Assembly (NCBI GenBank): GCA_963667255.1
Contig: OY762940.1
Location: forward strand, 864,001-928,000
Reading direction: 5' to 3'
Source of the DNA: Candidatus Cloacimonadota bacterium
GTDB taxonomy: Bacteria; Cloacimonadota; Cloacimonadia; G963667145
Length of the DNA stretch: 64,000 bases
The notes under the pieces were generated by a model, which worked only from the letters and a program-made list of their open reading frames with translations, was not told where the DNA came from and ran no database searches. Each line of letters begins with the position of its first letter. The first letter of the stretch is position 1. The position numbers and the translations under genes were made by a program. Positions 57,521 through 64,000 of this stretch are shown piece after piece.

Positions 57521-57841
57521 ATGTTAACATATAAAAATTATAAAGGTTATATTGATTACGATGAAGCTAATGCCGTTTTTTATGGTAGAGTGTTAGGCGT
57601 TAGTTCTATTTTGTGCTTTGAGGGAGCGACTTCTGTGGAATTGGAGCAAAGTTTTAAGGATGTTATAGATACCTATCTTGCCCATTGTGAAAAAACAGGT
57701 AAAAATCCTGACAGGTTTTACTCGGGGAAAACTTTGTTGAGAATGCCGCCTAATTTACATCGCAGATTGGCGGAAAAGGCTGAAATGAAACAAGAAAGTT
57801 TGAACTCTTTTTTGGTTGAAAGTTTGCAAAGTGTTTTGTGA
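57521..57841 (+). CDS. HicB-family antitoxin
   Basis: LTYKNYKG.I.YD, FYGRV, FEG....ELEQSF...IDTYL, YSGK..LRMPP.LH..LA. Confidence 0.85.
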   Translation: MLTYKNYKGYIDYDEANAVFYGRVLGVSSILCFEGATSVELEQSFKDVIDTYLAHCEKTGKNPDRFYSGKTLLRMPPNLHRRLAEKAEMKQESLNSFLVESLQSVL

Positions 57842-58383
57842 TGGATAAAATGCGAATTTGTGTTTATTGTGCATCGGCGGATGCGATAGGCGACAGTTAT
57901 AAGAATGTAGCGAGAGAGTTGGGCAAGCTGATGGTGGAGCGAGGGCATAGCTTGGTGTATGGTGGAGGAAATGTAGGTTTGATGGGAGAGTTGGCTCGCA
58001 CGATAATGGAGAAAAGTGGTTACACATTGGGGGTCATTCCTCACAAATTGGAAGGTTTGGAGTTAGCTTACAAAGGTGCCAGCCAGATGATTTTCACGGA
58101 GAATATGCGTATTCGCAAGTCTGTGATGCAGGACAATGCTGACGGTTTTATTGCGTTGGCAGGCGGATATGGGACTCTGGAGGAGTTGCTGGAGATGATA
58201 ACGCTGAAAAAACTGGGCTATCACGACAAACCGATTGTTGTGCTGAACACGAACGGATTTTACGACAAGTTCATAGATTTTATAAACGAGACAATTGAAA
58301 AAGGGTTTTCCACTCCCGAGAAATTGTTTGCCGTCGTTGAAAATCCGCTTGATGCGTTGAAATTGTTAGAGGATTCTAACTGA
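57838..58383 (+). CDS. LOG-family nucleotide phosphoribohydrolase
   Basis: ICVYCAS, LVYGGGNVGLMG, RK, AGGYGTLEE, HDKPI..LN..GFYD. Confidence 0.9.
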   Translation: MMDKMRICVYCASADAIGDSYKNVARELGKLMVERGHSLVYGGGNVGLMGELARTIMEKSGYTLGVIPHKLEGLELAYKGASQMIFTENMRIRKSVMQDNADGFIALAGGYGTLEELLEMITLKKLGYHDKPIVVLNTNGFYDKFIDFINETIEKGFSTPEKLFAVVENPLDALKLLEDSN

Positions 58384-59764
58384 TACTTTTAATCCAGTTT
58401 CTTCCCATTTCGATAGTTTTCAGCACAGTCTCAGGAGCTGGACCTCCGGGCAAATTCCGCTTACTTACGCAAGTTTCCAAGGAGATAGCTGGATAAATAT
58501 CGTCATCAAAGAGCGGAGAGAATTTCTTAAATTCTTCCAAACTAAGCTCTTCAATGGCAATTTTTTCGTTTAGGCAATGGTAAACAATCTGACCGACAAT
58601 ATGGTGAGCTTCACGGAAAGGCAGATTTTTTTTCGCCAAATAGTCGGCAACATCCGTAGCGTTGGTAAAACCTTTTTTGGCACCATTTCTCATAGTTTCG
58701 TCATTGATTTTCATCGTAGATAGCATCGGCGATAGTGTCAAAAGGCAACCTTTCAGCGTGTCCACCGTGTCAAAAAATCCCTCCTTATCTTCTTGCATAT
58801 CTTTGTTATACGCAAGCGGTAGAGACTTTAGAGTTGTGAGGATTCCGATGAGATTTCCGTAAACTCTCCCCGTTTTTCCTCGTATCAGTTCGGCAACATC
58901 GGGATTTTTTTTCTGTGGCATGATGCTTGAGCCTGTGGAGTAGGCATCGTCCAAAGTAACAAAAGAGAACTCGTCGCTCGACCACAAAATAATCTCTTCG
59001 CACAGTCTGGAGAAGTGCATCATCAAAATGGAAGCGGCAGCTTGAAACTCCACGATGTGGTCCCTGTCGCTCACTCCGTCCAGCGAGTTGTAGGTGATAT
59101 CGGCAAAATTCAGCTCGTCGGCGACCATTTGTCTATCGAGAGGGAAAGTTGTTGTGGCAAGTGCTCCCGAACCGAGAGGCGAGGAATCAGCTCTTTTGAT
59201 GCAATCGGAAAATCTCTCAAAATCGCGTTTGAACATAAAGAAATACGCCATAATGTGATGAGCGAAAGTTATTGGTTGTGCCTTTTGCAGATGAGTGTAG
59301 CCAGGCATAATGGTTTCTAAGTTGTTTTCCGCAAGTGTTAAAACTGCTTTTTGCAACTCAAGCAGTAAATTTTGCAAAACAGCGGTTTCTCTTTTCAAAT
59401 ACAATTTTATGTCCAAAGCGACTTGGTCGTTTCGCGACCTGCCTGTGTGGAGCTTTTTCCCGACTTCTCCGACTTTTTGGGTAAGCAGAGTTTCGATGTT
59501 CATATGGATGTCTTCTGCTCCCGAGTCAAAAACAACTTGTCCGTTTTCGATTTCAGTTTTCAGTTCTTGCAAACCCTTGATAAGCGTGTCAGCTTCTTGT
59601 GCCGAGATAACCCCTTGAGCACCAAGCATACGAGCGTGAGCGATAGAGCCTTGGATATCTTCGAGAAATAACCGCTGGTCAAAACTGATGGAAGAATGAA
59701 AATCTTCGACTAACTTATCCGTATTTTTCTGAAATCTGCCACCCCAAAGTTTACTCATCTTCAC
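58376..59764 (-). CDS. argH: Argininosuccinate lyase
   Basis: KLWGGRF, EDIHM, HTGRSRNDQV, PGYTHLQ, GSSIMPQKKNPD, YNKDMQEDK. Confidence 0.98.
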   Translation of the reverse strand: MKMSKLWGGRFQKNTDKLVEDFHSSISFDQRLFLEDIQGSIAHARMLGAQGVISAQEADTLIKGLQELKTEIENGQVVFDSGAEDIHMNIETLLTQKVGEVGKKLHTGRSRNDQVALDIKLYLKRETAVLQNLLLELQKAVLTLAENNLETIMPGYTHLQKAQPITFAHHIMAYFFMFKRDFERFSDCIKRADSSPLGSGALATTTFPLDRQMVADELNFADITYNSLDGVSDRDHIVEFQAAASILMMHFSRLCEEIILWSSDEFSFVTLDDAYSTGSSIMPQKKNPDVAELIRGKTGRVYGNLIGILTTLKSLPLAYNKDMQEDKEGFFDTVDTLKGCLLTLSPMLSTMKINDETMRNGAKKGFTNATDVADYLAKKNLPFREAHHIVGQIVYHCLNEKIAIEELSLEEFKKFSPLFDDDIYPAISLETCVSKRNLPGGPAPETVLKTIEMGRNWIKSIS

Positions 59765-60171
59765 CTCGTATAAATCAAAATTTTGATGATAAACCCTCAG
59801 AATTTGGCAGGAGTGTCAAGGATAAATAAATAGTGATAAAAATTGCTTGTCATATTAAAGCAGTAATTGAGTTTGAAATTTAAGGAAAGGAGGATGTCAA
59901 ATTGGGGAATTTATATAATGAAGACTTGTTAAAAAAAAGGATTGAAGAATTAGAAATTTTTTCTCCTAGGCTATCTTTTATATTCAAAAAATTGTATAAG
60001 TATGCTAAAAAGGATAATGGCATTAACCCAATATTAGATATAGGTTGCGGGAAAGGTCATGTTGTAGAGGAAATTGCTAATTATTTTAACAATAATATTG
60101 ATGCTATTGATATTGATTCCAATGAAATAGAAGAAGCTATGCAAAATAGTATGCATAAGAATATAAATTAT

Positions 60172-61282
60172 GGGAGTGTGCAAATAACTGGGTCTGAAAT
60201 AAGACCTAATTATGTTTGACAGAATAAGTTATGAACATTTATTAAAATGCCATGAGTATAATCAAAAAAAACGCTGTCCAAATTGTGATAGCTTAAACAC
60301 AAAAAAGAAGGGATATATTTTCTCTGAAAGAACAACTAATCGTGGGAAAATTAAAGTCAAAACTCAACGATTTTATTGTAAAGATTGCCAAATAAGTTTT
60401 ACCAATTTTGGATATAATAAGAGAACTCATTTTGCACCAAAATTCAAAGATAAGGTTGTTACTGACTATATTTCAACCAAAAGTTCTCTTTCTGAAGTTG
60501 CTAAAAGACATGGGATTTGTAAAAATAGTATTCTTAATTGGATACCTCAGCGAGCTAATTTATATCAGGATAATGTGTTACACAGCAATATAGATGAGAC
60601 AACAATTTATATTGATGGCAAGGAAATTAAGATAAACGGTAAGCGAAAAGTTGTCTTAGTCGCCAGTAGCAAACTACTTGATAAACCAATATATTACAAG
60701 ATTTATGATAGAGAACATAGTAGTTCATCTGAAGACTTTTTGAATAGACTAAAAAAAATGTATGACAACAAAATAATTGGGATTGTGTCAGATTTTGGGC
60801 GAGGGAAGTGCTTTGTTAAGCCAGTTAACCAACTTTTTGAAGATGTTCCACATCAAATTTGCTTGGTTCATTATTTAAGAAGCGTTAATATCAATGTTCC
60901 TAAAACAAAAAAGAGTAAGTTTTTTAGACGAAATATTTTCTTTAAGAACTTGATTAAGAGCATTTTAAATGCTGAAACTTTACAAGAAGCTGAAAATAAT
61001 TTAAGTTCGCTTAATCACTATGAAAAATTTTTTCGCCTAAAAATTCATAAGCGTTTTATTAAATCAATTAATCGAAACTTTGGTTTATTAACTGCTCATT
61101 TTCATTACGATTTTTTGGATAAAACAACAAATAAAATTGAAAATATTAATCGACAATTGAATAGGAAATTAAAAAATTTAGACGGATTTAAATCTGAAAA
61201 AAATATGAATCATTTTTTGAAAATTTGGTTCAATAATTATTCAAAAGGAGTGGAAATTAGACCCAATTAAATGCACGCTCCC
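60172..61282 (+). mobile_element. IS256-family insertion sequence, copy 3 (1111 bp)
   Basis: Same IRs; 8-bp duplication TAAATTAT at 60164-60171 and 61283-61290. Confidence 0.95.
60212..61270 (+). CDS. IS256-family transposase
   Basis: Protein identical to copy 1 in the ORF track. Confidence 0.9.
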   Translation: MFDRISYEHLLKCHEYNQKKRCPNCDSLNTKKKGYIFSERTTNRGKIKVKTQRFYCKDCQISFTNFGYNKRTHFAPKFKDKVVTDYISTKSSLSEVAKRHGICKNSILNWIPQRANLYQDNVLHSNIDETTIYIDGKEIKINGKRKVVLVASSKLLDKPIYYKIYDREHSSSSEDFLNRLKKMYDNKIIGIVSDFGRGKCFVKPVNQLFEDVPHQICLVHYLRSVNINVPKTKKSKFFRRNIFFKNLIKSILNAETLQEAENNLSSLNHYEKFFRLKIHKRFIKSINRNFGLLTAHFHYDFLDKTTNKIENINRQLNRKLKNLDGFKSEKNMNHFLKIWFNNYSKGVEIRPN

Positions 61283-61792
61283 TAAATTATCAATGTCTTG
61301 ATATAGCCAATGTTGAGAAGAAATACAGCTTAATTACTTTGGTAGAAGTTTTAGAACATATTGAAGACATTGATGGTTTTTTAGAAAAGGTTTATCAGGT
61401 TGCGGAAGAAAATTCTATTGTAATTATAACCGTTCCTCAAGGAAAAAGTATTCATGAGTTGTTGATGGCTATTGTTAGATATTTGAAAAGAATAAAATTT
61501 TTTGCGTGGATAATTAAAAAATATCGAAATTTTATTAAGCGTGGTGAGGAATATAATGAATCTCCTCATGTTCAGATGTATTCGGTTAAATCTTTGAGCA
61601 GTATATTGGAGAGGAATGGGTTTGAGATTTTGGAGGCAGAGAAAGCAGGTATTTTCTCTTTGCTTTTTTGGACTTTTGTACCTTTTATTAAAATTCCTTT
61701 TTTAATAAAAAGGCTTGAAAATAAAGTTTCACCATTTTTTAATAAATTTTATTGTGAGCAATTGTTGTTTGTGTGTAAAAAAGGTTAAAACT

Positions 61793-62776
61793 ATGGGGAG
61801 AAAAATTCTTGTCACTGGTATTACAGGCTTTGTAGGGAGGCATACTTCCAGAGCTATTTTGGCAGAGGGGAAGTATGATTTGGTAGCCATCGTTCGTCCC
61901 GATACTGACCCGAAGCGATTCGAAGAATTTGTTGGTAAGGTCGAAATTATAGAGATTGATTTGTGTGATTTGGTGAGTTTAGAGAAGTATTTGGAAACAG
62001 TCAAATTTGATGTAATTTTGCATATAGGAGCTTTGAGAGGGGGGAAGAAATTTTCTCAAGAAGAGTTCATTAAATCGAATGTAGAATCTACTAGAGTTTT
62101 AGCTGAAAAAGCCTTGATTAAGAATAGTAATCTTGTATTTTGCTCTTCTGTTGGAGTTTATGGAGGTGTTCCTAAAAATCTCCCTGTAAAAATTAGTCAC
62201 CCTAAAGTTCCGGATGGTTGTTATCATGCTACTAAGATTGAAAGTGAAAAAATAATTATGGATTGTGTAAATAGGGGACTTGATGCTCTTATTTTACGAC
62301 CTTCTATTATTTATGGGGTTGGGGACATAGGTTTTGCCTCCAATCTTGTTAAATTAGTGGATAAAGGGATAATTTTTTTGCCCATTAGGAAAACAATAAT
62401 TCATCTTACTGATGTTGATTTGTTGGTAGAAGTGCTTATTAAATCTTTAGAATTAAAAAAATTTAACACAACAATTTACAATGTTGCGGATTCAAATAGC
62501 TTAATTTTGGGAGATTTGGTTGATTTCATAAGTGAAGAATTAAATGGCAATTCTTATCCATTTTACAAAAAACTACCACATCTTTTGTATACTTTGGGGA
62601 GAAAGCTTTTCAAAATTTTGAATAATGAGTTGTGGGTTAATAGATTTGAATTTATAGCATCTGATAGAGAGTATGATAATGGGAAACTTTATGAAGATTT
62701 TGGACTGTCTTCTGTAGAAACTATTCCTTCTATTAAGAAGGTGATTGATTGGTGTAAAAACAATAAGGAAGAATAA
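61793..62776 (+). CDS. NAD-dependent epimerase/dehydratase (extended SDR)
   Basis: ILVTGITGFVG, CSSVGVYG, YHATK..SE, LRPSIIYG. Confidence 0.9.
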   Translation: MGRKILVTGITGFVGRHTSRAILAEGKYDLVAIVRPDTDPKRFEEFVGKVEIIEIDLCDLVSLEKYLETVKFDVILHIGALRGGKKFSQEEFIKSNVESTRVLAEKALIKNSNLVFCSSVGVYGGVPKNLPVKISHPKVPDGCYHATKIESEKIIMDCVNRGLDALILRPSIIYGVGDIGFASNLVKLVDKGIIFLPIRKTIIHLTDVDLLVEVLIKSLELKKFNTTIYNVADSNSLILGDLVDFISEELNGNSYPFYKKLPHLLYTLGRKLFKILNNELWVNRFEFIASDREYDNGKLYEDFGLSSVETIPSIKKVIDWCKNNKEE

Positions 62777-62895
62777 TGAAATTAATAAAATCTATTTTTG
62801 CGTTAGTTGTTTGGCTATTTTGCTATATCCCTACAACTGTGTTTGTATTTTTGGTATTTTTTAAAAGCTTATTTAAGAGGGGACACATCAAATGA
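62776..62895 (+). CDS. 39-aa single-TM small protein (not in the ORF track)
   Basis: MKLIKSIFALVVWLFCYIPTTVFVFLVFFKSLFKRGHIK*; TAATG overlap upstream and ATGA overlap downstream. Confidence 0.55.
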   Translation: MKLIKSIFALVVWLFCYIPTTVFVFLVFFKSLFKRGHIK

Positions 62896-63752
62896 AAGAA
62901 ATTTCTCAAAAAGAAAAGGAAACCCTATTTAATTTTATTGAAAGAACAATTGATATGTCTGCTGACGATTTAGATGAAGGGATAGGCACAGTTTATGAGC
63001 GAATAGTTATTGATGAATATTTTAAAAGAATCAAATTTAAGTATAACATCAATACAGTTTTGGAAACACCTGCCGATGGAGTAACGGGCGTGCCCGGGTT
63101 GAATAGTTTGGAATTTGCTAGAAATGGGGCTAAAGTATTTCAAGCAAATCCTTCCCAAAAAATGTTAGATAAAGCCAAGAAGATTTGGGATAAAAAGGGA
63201 TTGGGGGATTTTGTGGAATTTCACAAGTCTGAGATTGATGATTTACCTTTTGAAGATAATAGTTTCGATTTGGTTTGGAATTATTGCATGTTTGAGAGAT
63301 TTGAGCATCCAGAGGTTATGTTGGAAATTATGAAAAAGGTGTCAAAAAAATATGTAATGGTTATGACTCAAAATTTTTGGAATTTAGGAACTTTCGTCCA
63401 TTGGCTTTTTCATAAATATCACAAGTTGGAATGGGATCATGGATATACTAAATTCATGAAATTATCTGGAATTAAGAAAGTTCTTAAGAAGGCGGATTTA
63501 AAAATTTTAGAGATTGGAATGATTGACACTCCTCCTTGGATGGATACTTGGGATATGCCTTTGCGTGGAGAAATAAAGAAAATTTTGTCGCCTTTAGGAA
63601 TGAAATGGAATTGGTCGATTGGCTCTGGAGATGAAAAAGATAGCAAGGGTGGAACGATTTCTTTTTTCTCCAAAATAGAAAAATGGTTACCCCGTTGGTT
63701 TAATAAATTGCAAACTCACCATTATTATGTCTTGTGTGAGAAAAACAGTTAG
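62892..63752 (+). CDS. Class I SAM-dependent methyltransferase-like protein
   Basis: LPFEDNSFDLVWN..MFERF..PE.ML..MKKVSK; motif I atypical (LETPADG). Confidence 0.75.
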   Translation: MKEISQKEKETLFNFIERTIDMSADDLDEGIGTVYERIVIDEYFKRIKFKYNINTVLETPADGVTGVPGLNSLEFARNGAKVFQANPSQKMLDKAKKIWDKKGLGDFVEFHKSEIDDLPFEDNSFDLVWNYCMFERFEHPEVMLEIMKKVSKKYVMVMTQNFWNLGTFVHWLFHKYHKLEWDHGYTKFMKLSGIKKVLKKADLKILEIGMIDTPPWMDTWDMPLRGEIKKILSPLGMKWNWSIGSGDEKDSKGGTISFFSKIEKWLPRWFNKLQTHHYYVLCEKNS

Positions 63753-64000
63753 AATAATACCATCACTATTCCTACTTGATTTCGAATTTTAATTATTTTT
63801 TCATTATTTGTTAATCTTGCCAGCGGATAAAGCACATATCCTGTTCCGTTTGGATTTAGACATCTTTTCACTGTAGAAAATACGGCTTTTTGAGTGCATT
63901 CTATTTCAAATCGAGCGATTTGCTTTCCTTTGTCATTTGGCATTTTTCCTGAATTTTTTGGAAAGAAGGGAGGATTGCAGATTATGAGGTCGAATTTTTT
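63749..64000 (-). CDS. 3' end of a tRNA1(Val) A37 N6-methyltransferase-like gene (cut by the window edge)
   Basis: KFDLIICNPPFF...IARFE...CLNPNG..Y.LYP..RL. Confidence 0.65.
   Translation of the reverse strand, partial: KKFDLIICNPPFFPKNSGKMPNDKGKQIARFEIECTQKAVFSTVKRCLNPNGTGYVLYPLARLTNNEKIIKIRNQVGIVMVLF

Larger units (their letters stand above)
59902..61788 (+). pseudogene. Class I SAM-dependent methyltransferase interrupted by IS copy 3 (about 255 aa when reconstructed)
   Basis: The 5' part ILDIGCGKG..IDID..KNINY joins in frame at 61291 to QCLDIANVEKKYSLITLVEVLEHI...ITVP. Confidence 0.88.

Overview
Chromosomal window from an AT-rich, anaerobic, diderm bacterium (lipid A acyltransferase, [FeFe]-hydrogenases). 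A Cloacimonadota/FCB-group origin is plausible but is my inference only. It carries housekeeping blocks: murC-murB-ftsQAZ-coaD; dxs-dnaX-pyrG-hflKC-tadA; tsaB; ileS-rplU-rpmA-rbfA; engB-tsaC-nrnA-truB-ribF; argH. It also carries surface-glycosylation genes at both ends and at 11.5-15.5 kb, two repeat-containing lipoprotein genes, three almost identical 1111-bp IS256-family elements (each with an 8-bp target duplication, two inside genes) and a decayed IS1595 element. Main highlights: (1) an 11-gene [FeFe]-hydrogenase cluster in which one HydA is accompanied by two HydC/HydB modules, one with bifurcating and one with non-bifurcating signatures, plus sensor/kinase/phosphatase-like genes; (2) directly upstream, a RibF (riboflavin kinase/FAD synthetase) fused behind a signal peptide, LRR ectodomain and transmembrane helix, giving a receptor-like architecture; (3) an (AGTC)5 repeat in a short leader ORF that ends at an intrinsic terminator upstream of a lipoprotein gene; (4) an intact IspA-like ORF lacking all catalytic motifs; (5) an FGE/CLec-tailed lipoprotein resembling a DGR target, with no RT or template in the window. 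No rRNA, tRNA or CRISPR array was recognised. All product calls come from motif recognition by eye; no searches were run.
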